Source: Fibrobacterales bacterium (GTDB taxonomy: Bacteria; Fibrobacterota; Fibrobacteria; Fibrobacterales; JAOPTW01). Taken from it: a DNA stretch of 36,495 nucleotides. Shown here one piece after another: positions 1-8,389 of the stretch. The notes below the pieces were generated by a model. That model did not search any database. It was not told the DNA's origin and saw only the letters and a program-made list of their open reading frames with translations. The stretch is taken from NCBI GenBank assembly GCA_051532035.1, contig JAOPTW010000030.1:1-36495 (forward strand). The letters are read 5' to 3'. The translations under genes and the position numbers were made by a program. Numbering within the stretch: the first letter of the stretch is position 1; each line of letters starts with the position of its first letter.

Positions 1-251
1 TTTATTATAGTGCGTTTAAATGGTAATTACCATGATATTTGTAATTAATTACAGGATCTTAAAAAAAAAAATGCTTACTATTGCATAATGGTCTAATATG
101 TATACGCATTGTAGTTGCATCAATTCTGGGGATATATCATAAGAGTAATGAGTTGAGTGTTAGATCGATATTTTGAATACTTTTCCTCGCATTCCCCAAA
201 AAAAAATAGGATACTTAGAACTTATGAAATTGTTGTACAAGGAATGAACCC

Positions 252-719
252 ATGGTAAAAGTTGAACATATCAATCCGTTTATAAAGGCTACTATAGAAT
301 CGTTTTCGACAATGATTGGTATTAAAATTGTTCCTGGTAAAATTATATTGAAAGATAAAGCGCAAACAGGGCATGATATATCGGGGATTATTGGGTTATC
401 TGGTGGTGCTCGTGGGGCGATATCCTTAAGCTTTCCCAAAGCGGCGGCTCTTGAAATCGTGAGTAAATTTATTGGTGAAGAGATGACGGCACTTGATGAT
501 GATGTGACTGATGCCATTGGCGAATTGGCCAATATAATTGCAGGATATGCAAAAAAAGATCTCACACAATTTAATATTCAGATTTCTCTTCCCTCTGTGA
601 TTACCGGTGAAGGGCATAGCGTCTCGGATTCAAAAGATGTTCAATCTATGATTATTCCTTTTACCTTTGACTCTCATACCTTTGATTTAGGGGTGGCACT
701 GAAATCTGAAAGTGATTAG
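252..719 (+). CDS. cheX: Chemotaxis phosphatase CheX
   Basis: 155 aa with INPFIKAT, DISGIIGLSG and DAIGELANIIAG (E-x2-N phosphatase motif) and ISLPSVITG, all typical of CheX. Confidence 0.93.
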   Translation: MVKVEHINPFIKATIESFSTMIGIKIVPGKIILKDKAQTGHDISGIIGLSGGARGAISLSFPKAAALEIVSKFIGEEMTALDDDVTDAIGELANIIAGYAKKDLTQFNIQISLPSVITGEGHSVSDSKDVQSMIIPFTFDSHTFDLGVALKSESD

Positions 720-811
720 TAATAACGCTATTAGTCTTTCTTACCTATTAAAATGATATTCTATTTGCCATATTCAATTATGGCATCACTATTCTTTGTG
801 AGTAGGAGTAT

Positions 812-1402
812 TTAGAAGGTGTCTGCAATCACTTTTAATTCACTCACAAACATCTCAACAGCGACAGTCACTAATAAGAGTCCTATGAGACGCTCAATAG
901 CCACAAGGAGCTTACTGCCAAAACGGTCAAAAAGGTTTTGAGCAAATACGAGAATAATTCCCGATACAAACCATGCAGAGAGAAGTGCCATAAGCCAGAC
1001 GTCCCAGCGATCGGGTTCACGTGCGATAAATACGGTGAGGAGTGTCATGGTAGAGGGCCCTGCAATGAGGGGGATAGCGAGAGGTACAATGAGTGGCTCG
1101 CCATCTTCGATACCCGTCATAATGGAGTCACTCCCTTGGAAAATCATGCGGAGTGCTATGATTATCAGTACAATTGCACCCCCAATACCGAGTGAAGAGG
1201 GGGAGACTTGAAGAAGGTGTAAGATATACTTTCCGAAAAAGAGAAATCCAAGAAGAATAGCAAGCGCTATAAGGAGCTCTCGAATAATTACCAATTTCCG
1301 CCTTTCTGGTGCAGTGTTTCTCAGAGAACTGAGGAATACCGGGATATTTCCAAAGGGGTCAATAACTAGAAAAATAAGCAGTGCTGCAGATAGGAGTGAC
1401 AT
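812..1402 (-). CDS. MarC family integral membrane protein
   Basis: IDPFGNIPVF and VPLAIPLIAGP motifs, about 6 hydrophobic helices. Start moved to ATG 1402, which follows an AGAGG RBS. Confidence 0.9.
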   Translation of the reverse strand: MSLLSAALLIFLVIDPFGNIPVFLSSLRNTAPERRKLVIIRELLIALAILLGFLFFGKYILHLLQVSPSSLGIGGAIVLIIIALRMIFQGSDSIMTGIEDGEPLIVPLAIPLIAGPSTMTLLTVFIAREPDRWDVWLMALLSAWFVSGIILVFAQNLFDRFGSKLLVAIERLIGLLLVTVAVEMFVSELKVIADTF

Positions 1403-1463
1403 AGATACCTCTTTGACAGAGTATACCACTGTTTAATTGAATATGCTAGAAAAGTGCCGTTCT

Positions 1464-1682
1464 CTACTCTGAAACAAGTACCACTTTGAGGGTGTTTCCG
1501 TCGTACTCAATAACATCACCATTCAAGATCTTCTTTCTCTTTTGAGTCTCAATGGTGCCATTTAAAGTAACAAGTCCTTCAGATATAACGTGTTTTGCAG
1601 CGCCACCACTCTCTACAAGGTTTTCAAACTTCAATAATTTATAGAGTTCAATAGGTTCTTTTGTGATTTCTACGTTGGTCAT
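1464..1682 (-). CDS. S4-domain RNA-binding protein (YbcJ/YaaA family)
   Basis: IELYKLLKFENLVESGGAAKHVISEGLVTLNG..ETQKRKKI..GDVI, 72 aa from ATG 1682. Confidence 0.9.
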   Translation of the reverse strand: MTNVEITKEPIELYKLLKFENLVESGGAAKHVISEGLVTLNGTIETQKRKKILNGDVIEYDGNTLKVVLVSE

Positions 1683-1919
1683 GGAGTGTCCGGTGTTGAG
1701 GGTGTGGGGTAAATATAGCATAATGTGGGGAACGCTGCAATTGTGGATTAATTGGAGATATACTAACGATACAGGGTGAGCTAAAAAGTGGCCCGAGAGA
1801 GGTTCGCGTGGTGTTGAAGCTCAATAAACTATACATGAAGTGCTGCTCGACCCCTTGCAAGAACATTTGAACTGTTCTAAAATAGAAGACAGAAATCAAA
1901 TTCCCGTAAAAGGGGTCTC

Positions 1920-2339
1920 ATGAATAACTCCGAAAGTCAATTATATACGGTATTCTTTTATGGATTGTATATGGACCCTAAGATATTACAATCTAAAGGT
2001 GTTGAAATACGAAACGCCCAAAAAGTACGAGTTGAAAAGTATCAGTTAAGAATTGGAGCAATGGCGACACTCCTTCATGAACCTTCAGCCATAACCTATG
2101 GTATCACCTATGATGTAACAAATGAGGAACTCTTTAGTCTGTATGAAGGATCGGGAATAGATGCCTATGTGAGGGAGCCTTTGATGGTTGTTGATGAGGC
2201 TAATGAATTGGTTTCAGCAATTACTTGTATACTTTCATCGCCGCCTGAAGTTACAGAAAATAATGTTGAGTATTATGAAAAATTAGTGACTGTTACTCAA
2301 GAGTACGGTATTCCTCTTGCGCCATTTCAAGAATGTTAA
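1920..2339 (+). CDS. Gamma-glutamylcyclotransferase (GGCT/AIG2-like) family protein
   Basis: N-terminal VFFYGLYMD, then YG-x-x-Y and L-x-x-YE motifs. GGGG RBS upstream. Confidence 0.7.
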   Translation: MNNSESQLYTVFFYGLYMDPKILQSKGVEIRNAQKVRVEKYQLRIGAMATLLHEPSAITYGITYDVTNEELFSLYEGSGIDAYVREPLMVVDEANELVSAITCILSSPPEVTENNVEYYEKLVTVTQEYGIPLAPFQEC

Positions 2340-2370
2340 ATATTTTGAGCGTAAAATATCAAGGAGACCA

Positions 2371-3045
2371 ATGGCATATCATGTAGATTTAAGTACTGTC
2401 ACCATTGAAAACTTTCAATCGAAACTGGAAGATGGTTATTTACCACCCAGTAGAATGATTCTCAAAGAGAAGATTGCATCCCGTTTTGACTCTTTTAAGA
2501 AGATGGACATAACCAATGTGAATGAACTCTTGAGTCTATTGAAAAATAAAGAAAAGCTGAGTGATCTGAATAAGAAAAATCTATTTGCAGATGACTACCT
2601 TAAAATTCTCTTGCGTGAAATAAAGAGCTTACAACCTAAACCAATCAACTTGTCAGATTTTCCTGGTGTGGCTGATGATACTATCGCATGCCTAGGGAAC
2701 GTAGGCATCAAGAAGTCCCATCAGTTATATGCAAAAATCTATACCGAAGAGTGTCGAAGGAAATTAGCATTAGATTCTGGGGTTGTGTATGCTGAAATAT
2801 TAGAACTCACCCGATTAACCGACCTTTCAAGGATTAAATGGGTAGGGGCAACATTTGCTCGCCTGCTTTTTGATTTAGGTTTTGATTCAGTGGTAAAGGT
2901 TTCGCAGGCGGAATCGAATGATTTGCATACTAGACTTAATCAATTAATTAAAAGTGAAAATACGTTCCGTGGACAAATTGGTCTCAATGATGTGCGGATA
3001 TGTATGAGCGAGGCAAAAGATCTTCCGATGGATGTGATTGAATGA
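2371..3045 (+). CDS. DUF4332-like helix-hairpin-helix protein
   Basis: Two HhH-like units (LSDFPGVADDT..L..VGI and DLSRIKWVGATFARLLFDLGFDSV). AAGGAG RBS before ATG 2371. Confidence 0.65.
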   Translation: MAYHVDLSTVTIENFQSKLEDGYLPPSRMILKEKIASRFDSFKKMDITNVNELLSLLKNKEKLSDLNKKNLFADDYLKILLREIKSLQPKPINLSDFPGVADDTIACLGNVGIKKSHQLYAKIYTEECRRKLALDSGVVYAEILELTRLTDLSRIKWVGATFARLLFDLGFDSVVKVSQAESNDLHTRLNQLIKSENTFRGQIGLNDVRICMSEAKDLPMDVIE

Positions 3046-3253
3046 TGACGATCACTGTCATTCATTAAATATGTAGTCCAGTGCAGAAGAGGTATCCTCT
3101 TCATTTCTCTCCTTATGCCATTTATCGTTATAATTATTCCGACCACCGGGTGTTCATTTCACGATCATTTTAAAAAATTATCGCCCTAGGGTAACTTATT
3201 AAATTCTCCAATCGTTTAATAGCTATACACAACAACACACGTTTGGAGAATAT

Positions 3254-3823
3254 ATGAAAAGCTTACTGATCCTAATCCTTCTCTGTGGCATGACCTATGC
3301 ACAAAGCGGCATATCAGACCGGTACACCTATAGTGAAGCAGAGTTTACCCTAGGAGAAACCGCACAACTCTATTTAGGAGCACTGGGAGGAGGGGCACTC
3401 ATTGGAGTACTCGGAGGTGCCTTTGGTACGGCTTTTAACGGAAGTTGTAGTGAGGATGATTTCATTTGCCTTCCTGGTGGTACTATCATAGGGGCGGCCT
3501 TGGGGCTCGAACTCGGTCTCATTGCAGGTACTCATCTAGTAGGACACATTCAAGGTAAAAGGGGGTCAATTATTGCATCTACTGTAGGGACAATCCTCTC
3601 GACGGTAGCAATGGGCTTTTATGTAAGTTCTATAGATGATGTTGAGTTTCCTGGTTCACCCCAATTCTTTATAGGGAGTTCACTCCTTATATTTTTATCA
3701 GGGCCTGTTATAGGGTATACACTCTTTGCAGATGAGAAAGTCAAGATAGCTGAGACCGCTTTCTTCTTTGATAGGTCGGGAAAGATCGGGGTAAAAACAG
3801 ATCTTATCTCAATGACCTTTTAA
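3254..3823 (+). CDS. Hypothetical exported or membrane protein with Gly-rich helices
   Basis: GGAG RBS, signal peptide ending TYA|Q, several GxxxG hydrophobic helices. Confidence 0.7.
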   Translation: MKSLLILILLCGMTYAQSGISDRYTYSEAEFTLGETAQLYLGALGGGALIGVLGGAFGTAFNGSCSEDDFICLPGGTIIGAALGLELGLIAGTHLVGHIQGKRGSIIASTVGTILSTVAMGFYVSSIDDVEFPGSPQFFIGSSLLIFLSGPVIGYTLFADEKVKIAETAFFFDRSGKIGVKTDLISMTF

Positions 3824-3838
3824 TATGATTCAATAAAT

Positions 3839-3872
3839 AAAAAAAGGGTATCTCAACGTTTGAAATACCCTT
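3839..3872 (-). terminator. Rho-independent terminator between converging genes
   Basis: Stem aagggtat-c-tcaa / ttga-a-ataccctt. The preceding A run is a U-tail on the minus strand. Confidence 0.75.
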
Positions 3873-3926
3873 GTGAACTATTTGCTATGAGTGATTATGT
3901 TGAATACGTATTACGAACCCTCAAAC

Positions 3927-5411
3927 CTAAATAGAAGATGATACAAAAACAAATTTTGTCCAAAGTTGACCAGGTGTGCCATAATCAAAACAGATGAGTA
4001 CTGACGCTTCAATTTTACTATACCGATATTTGTCTTGATCTAAAGCGTAATTACAGGTATCGCCTTGGTTTAAGTTTTCAATTAAAGAATGATGCCAAAC
4101 ATTTTTATCATAAATATAGAGTGAATCATTATTGTATGAGTCTTCTGTGGCATAATAGTTTTTAATGTCATAATCATTAGGGTTGGCTTGATTTTCTAAG
4201 AAATAAAGGGTGTCAACAATATTAAAGGGAGCTTCAGCGACAATAAGCTTGTACGCAAATATGTTGTTTTCGTATGAGGTTGCATAAAACTGTGAATCGT
4301 CCTGAAAGTATGTTGAATCGGGATCATATTTAATTGCCCATCCATCAAGTGGTGTGCTTAATTTAACCCAGCGTACAAAGCTGTCGGTTTCAATATAGGT
4401 TGTGTCGGTAAGAGTATCGCCCGGTTCATTCACACCCATCATATCTGGAGAATAAACAACGTTACTATAGTGATTATCCACCAAAGAAGTCGCTAACCAG
4501 CTATCACTGTTTTTATGCCAATAGATGGTGTGTCCCTCTGCATACTCAATATAGGTATCGCCATCATTGCCGTCGGCTTCCTCTGGTGAAATATTACCCG
4601 TATGGACCATGGATTGCGGTACTGCTACTTCTGTAGCATCACCACAGACAATCCATTGCTCAGCGTTTCGTAACTCAATAGTACATGATGTACCATCGTT
4701 ACCATCTGCACCAGTTTCACCGTTATCACCGTTGGTACCATTTTCACCTTGAATACCTTGTGGCCCAACATCACCATCAATTGCTTTTCCAAAATTAACG
4801 GAAGTGCCATTATCACAAGAGACTGCTACAGAATCGGTGGTTTCTGAAACAGAGCAGTTGCTTCCATTTAAACCAGAAAGACCACGTGCACCATTACTCC
4901 CGTCCACGCCTTTCTCTCCAATATCTCCCTCGTCCCCCTTTACTCCTTTTGGGCCAACGGTGTTATAACTAATAGCCCATGCTGACTCACTCTTTTCATA
5001 GACATCACCAGTAGATAGGTTAAAATAGAGGTCTTTGTATGCGCCAATAGTGTTAACAGGGGCTGCTTCACCAGAGTAGATTGTAACGCCATTATAGGTG
5101 GTAGGCTCTGGTTTATCAACCGGGAGCGCCGCTTTGTATTCGTTTTGGAGTGAAATGACAATATATTGATCACCATCACAATACTGGAGGGTCCCTTCGG
5201 ATTGTACATAAAAGAGCAAGGCCGTTAATTCTGGTGAACAGGTGGGTAATGTTTCAATAGAACTGGTGACTCGAGCGCCATAGAGTTGTGCTGGGCCAAT
5301 AGGCTGTTCTGCTTCAGCTATAGGTGCAGCGGGATTTGTTTCCGAAGAACGATCACATGATGTGAGTAAAGCTAAACTTGAAACAAGTGTGGCGGTGAAA
5401 AGTGCTTTCAT
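3927..5411 (-). CDS. Collagen-like surface lipoprotein
   Basis: Lipobox LTS-C, two Gly-X-Y tracts, two GxxC..C spacer modules, repeated 'G..GD.Y....Y.K....W' modules. Confidence 0.8.
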   Translation of the reverse strand: MKALFTATLVSSLALLTSCDRSSETNPAAPIAEAEQPIGPAQLYGARVTSSIETLPTCSPELTALLFYVQSEGTLQYCDGDQYIVISLQNEYKAALPVDKPEPTTYNGVTIYSGEAAPVNTIGAYKDLYFNLSTGDVYEKSESAWAISYNTVGPKGVKGDEGDIGEKGVDGSNGARGLSGLNGSNCSVSETTDSVAVSCDNGTSVNFGKAIDGDVGPQGIQGENGTNGDNGETGADGNDGTSCTIELRNAEQWIVCGDATEVAVPQSMVHTGNISPEEADGNDGDTYIEYAEGHTIYWHKNSDSWLATSLVDNHYSNVVYSPDMMGVNEPGDTLTDTTYIETDSFVRWVKLSTPLDGWAIKYDPDSTYFQDDSQFYATSYENNIFAYKLIVAEAPFNIVDTLYFLENQANPNDYDIKNYYATEDSYNNDSLYIYDKNVWHHSLIENLNQGDTCNYALDQDKYRYSKIEASVLICFDYGTPGQLWTKFVFVSSSI

Positions 5412-5717
5412 TAAGAATCCATTATAGGGGTAAATTCTGGCTATAAGGATAGGAATATTGTCTTCAAATTTATAGTTGTTTGGGCTAAATAACAGTTATT
5501 TAACCTTGTTTTTAAAACTCAAACATCTAAAAAAACATAAATAATAGGCTGTAAATGTCCCATAGATGGTGAATTATCCCAATGTGCTCAAAAAAGGCAA
5601 TATTTTATTTGGTATTCTTTCTCATTGAGTATAAGTTCTGGCAGTACGTAATAACCGAGTTGTATTCAGCGCTCTCCTATAAGCAGATCGAATACACTCC
5701 ATTCTTAGGGGTAAGAA

Positions 5718-7286
5718 TTGAGGGCATTTTTTCAAGTATGTAAGTTAAACGCTGTTTTTCTCGTTTCAGCATCATCACTCTGTATTGCTCATTTTGGGCT
5801 ATCTGGCTGTGTGAGAGAAACATCAGTAGAATTAGTGGTTCCATCAACGTCATCATCGTCGAAATTGATAGTGGGATTATCTGCAGGTGTGGACTCAACG
5901 TCATCAAGTATACATCAAACAAATCCTGATAATCAAACCTCATCATCACGCGCTACCGATATTCATGGTGGTGAGCTGTCCAGTGTGGTACAGGGAGGTT
6001 TGAGCTCTCACAAGCAAATAGGGAGTAAGCTGAGTAGTAGTGCGCCGTCACTTTCTTCTTCTCAACAATCAGATTTCGAAAATCTTGACTACTACACACT
6101 CCCTGGAGGGTGGACCTTAGTTTGGGAAGATGATTTTTCTGGTACTTCACTCAATGAGACTCATTGGAATACCGAGGAGCATCAGGCGGGGTGGGTCAAT
6201 GATGAGTTGCAAAGGTATGTGAAAGGGCATGATACACCTGGCTCAAATATATGGCTTGAAGATGGGCGTTTGATTATTGAAGCGCGTAAAGAATCGAATG
6301 GTGAGATAACCTCTGGCAGACTCAATTCACGCCATAAACAGAAATGGCTCTATGGAAAATTTGAAGCACGGGCTAAAATGCCTGGTGGCAATGGCACGTG
6401 GCCTGCTATATGGGCAATGTCGGATGCAGAATCGTATGGACGTTGGCCCAAATCTGGAGAGATTGATATTGTGGAATTTCTGGGTAAAGACCCCAAGGGG
6501 GTTAACTTTACTATTCATTGTGATACCTATGTTCATTCCAAAAATAATGCCATTGAGGCTCATAGAGAAGTGGATAACTTGACCACTGATTTTCATACCT
6601 TTGGGATGGAGTGGACACCCGATGAAATACGGGGATATGTGGATGGTACTCAGTACTACTCTTTTAAAAACGAAGGAAATGGGTGGAATAGTTGGCCTTT
6701 TGATAAAGAGTTCTATTGGTTGATCAATATTGCAATGGGTGGCTGGGGGGGGGCGGTCAATGAGAGTACGTTACCAGCACGCATGGAAGTTGAGTATGTA
6801 CGTGTATGGCAGCAGGGGGGGGCAGAACAGCCTGCCACAGGTGATTCTTTTACGCTGTTCCCTTTGACTGATTTTAGTCCGGTATCATCGGTTGGGTATG
6901 TACCGTATTTTGAAGAAGAAAACAATAGTGCACTCGCGGTTGACCCGGATAAGTATCCCAATGGTGTCGCTGCGGCGTCAACGGAATTTACCGGAGAGAG
7001 TGGTTTGTATGATGTCAGCATAGCAACCCTCCTTGAAAATGATGGGGAGCCTTCTTACACTATTCTTGTGGATGGTATGAATGCTGGATCTTTTAAAAAT
7101 CCGGAATCGGAAGGTGGTTTTGCCCCTCATACTCATACTTGGAAAGGGCTCTCAATTAAAAAAGGGTCTACAATTATTATCGAATTTAACAGTAATTCAA
7201 ATGGTGCTGTTATTATGGATAATGGAGACGCCGATTGGGCAAAAGGTCGTTGGACACGTTTAGGATTTGAAAAGGTATCAGAGTAG
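5718..7286 (+). CDS. GH16 beta-1,3-glucanase (laminarinase-like) lipoprotein with Ser-rich linker and C-terminal accessory/CBM-like domain
   Basis: WTLVWEDDF, NDELQRY, GTWPAIW, catalytic GEIDIVE, WPFDKEFY. LSG-C lipobox. TTG start is uncertain. Confidence 0.9.
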   Translation: MRAFFQVCKLNAVFLVSASSLCIAHFGLSGCVRETSVELVVPSTSSSSKLIVGLSAGVDSTSSSIHQTNPDNQTSSSRATDIHGGELSSVVQGGLSSHKQIGSKLSSSAPSLSSSQQSDFENLDYYTLPGGWTLVWEDDFSGTSLNETHWNTEEHQAGWVNDELQRYVKGHDTPGSNIWLEDGRLIIEARKESNGEITSGRLNSRHKQKWLYGKFEARAKMPGGNGTWPAIWAMSDAESYGRWPKSGEIDIVEFLGKDPKGVNFTIHCDTYVHSKNNAIEAHREVDNLTTDFHTFGMEWTPDEIRGYVDGTQYYSFKNEGNGWNSWPFDKEFYWLINIAMGGWGGAVNESTLPARMEVEYVRVWQQGGAEQPATGDSFTLFPLTDFSPVSSVGYVPYFEEENNSALAVDPDKYPNGVAAASTEFTGESGLYDVSIATLLENDGEPSYTILVDGMNAGSFKNPESEGGFAPHTHTWKGLSIKKGSTIIIEFNSNSNGAVIMDNGDADWAKGRWTRLGFEKVSE

Positions 7287-7456
7287 ACCTGATACCCATT
7301 TTTGAAGCACACTCCCGTTTGGTAACGGGTAAGGTTATTCAGTGGTGAGAAAACTCGAGACAACGTAAATTTTCCCCTAAGAACACAAGTAAGAAGAGGG
7401 TCGGCCTTGTTTCCCATCTATAAGTAGGTATATTTGGCCTTTCTTACGGAGGCTCG

Positions 7457-8383
7457 ATGTCAGAGATCGAAAAAAAATCAGAAAGTGAAATAGAACCAAT
7501 GATCGAAAAAAAATCAGAGATTGATACAAAAGTAGAAGTTGAAGAGAAAGTAGAGATCGAAACAAAGCCAGTGATCGAAGAAAAACCAGAGATTGAAGCA
7601 AAACCAGAAGTTGAAAAGAAAGTAGAGATCGAAGAAAAATCAGAGATCGATACAAAATCAGAAGTTGAAGAAAAAGCAGAAATCGATACAAAATCAGAAA
7701 TCGAAAAAAGGCCTTCAAAAAATGAAGTGCTTGAAGAACTCAAGAGAGTCGCTGCACAATACAATTTCGAATATTTTCAAAAACGTCAATTTAGTCACTA
7801 CGCTCAAGGCATGGATTGTAAAGAAGTGGCTCGTGCTTTTGGTTCTTGGAAAAAAGGCTTGGCTGCAGCTGGAGTATCAAGCTTTCCAGAAAAAGTAAAG
7901 AAGAAAAAATATCGCCAAGAGGCGACTTATGAGACCCTGCTTGTTGAGATGATCAGAGTGTGGATGGATATTGGGAAAATGCCCGAAGAGAATGAGTGGA
8001 AAGAACACTCAAAATTATTCCCTGCCTTTTTGTATTGCAAGATATTCGGGTCATGGGAAAAAGCAACCGAAGAAGCGAAAAAAATGCCTGAGGCTGTTAT
8101 GGAAATTGTCACTCCTGTTGAGGACGAAGCCGCAGCGAACAAGCCAAATACTTCTATGTTTCACCGTCACACTATTCCCGAAAAGCTTGAAGAAAAAGTG
8201 CTTGCACGTGAGCGAAATAAGTGCGGTAATTGTGGACGTATCCAAATAGAAGAAGAGGGTGTCACGGTTAAAGTGGTCTATATTAAGTCTCCATCAAAAG
8301 GTGGAAAACTTGTTATGTCTAACCTCAAAACCCTCTGTAATATCTGCATTGACGAATCAAAATCCCGTCGTCGCTGGTATTAA
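7457..8383 (+). CDS. HNH-family protein with N-terminal hexapeptide repeats, two homing-endonuclease-associated repeats and a degenerate HNH domain
   Basis: GGAGG RBS, two 'FGSW' repeats, C-terminal CGNC...SKGG....NLKTLCNIC. Confidence 0.75.
   Translation: MSEIEKKSESEIEPMIEKKSEIDTKVEVEEKVEIETKPVIEEKPEIEAKPEVEKKVEIEEKSEIDTKSEVEEKAEIDTKSEIEKRPSKNEVLEELKRVAAQYNFEYFQKRQFSHYAQGMDCKEVARAFGSWKKGLAAAGVSSFPEKVKKKKYRQEATYETLLVEMIRVWMDIGKMPEENEWKEHSKLFPAFLYCKIFGSWEKATEEAKKMPEAVMEIVTPVEDEAAANKPNTSMFHRHTIPEKLEEKVLARERNKCGNCGRIQIEEEGVTVKVVYIKSPSKGGKLVMSNLKTLCNICIDESKSRRRWY
7463..7714 (+). repeat. About 14 imperfect 18-nt tandem repeats encoding E-[IV]-[ED]-x-K-[SPVA]
   Basis: Units such as gagatcgaagaaaaatca and gagatcgatacaaaatca. 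Translation is EIEKKS...EIDTKS EIEKRP. Confidence 0.9.
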
Positions 8384-8389
8384 TAGGTG

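Noticed and set aside
1860..1878. AGAACA-N7-TGTTCT palindrome upstream of the GGCT-like gene
   Set aside because: The 6-bp arms are within chance, and the spacing matches no LexA box I know.
7287..7456. Possible structured leader RNA upstream of the HNH-like gene (cccgtt-tggt-aacggg and gtaagaa/ttcttac stems)
   Set aside because: Only short stems are present, with no recognisable riboswitch or ncRNA motif.
7463..7714. Tandem repeats as a possible CRISPR array
   Set aside because: There are no unique spacers, the units are contiguous and in frame within a CDS, and no cas genes are present.
7377..7764. Antisense ORFs 7377-7718 and 7444-7764 with periodic Leu/Phe or Ser/Phe content
   Set aside because: They are shadows of the 18-nt coding repeat on the plus strand, which has the RBS and recognisable domains.
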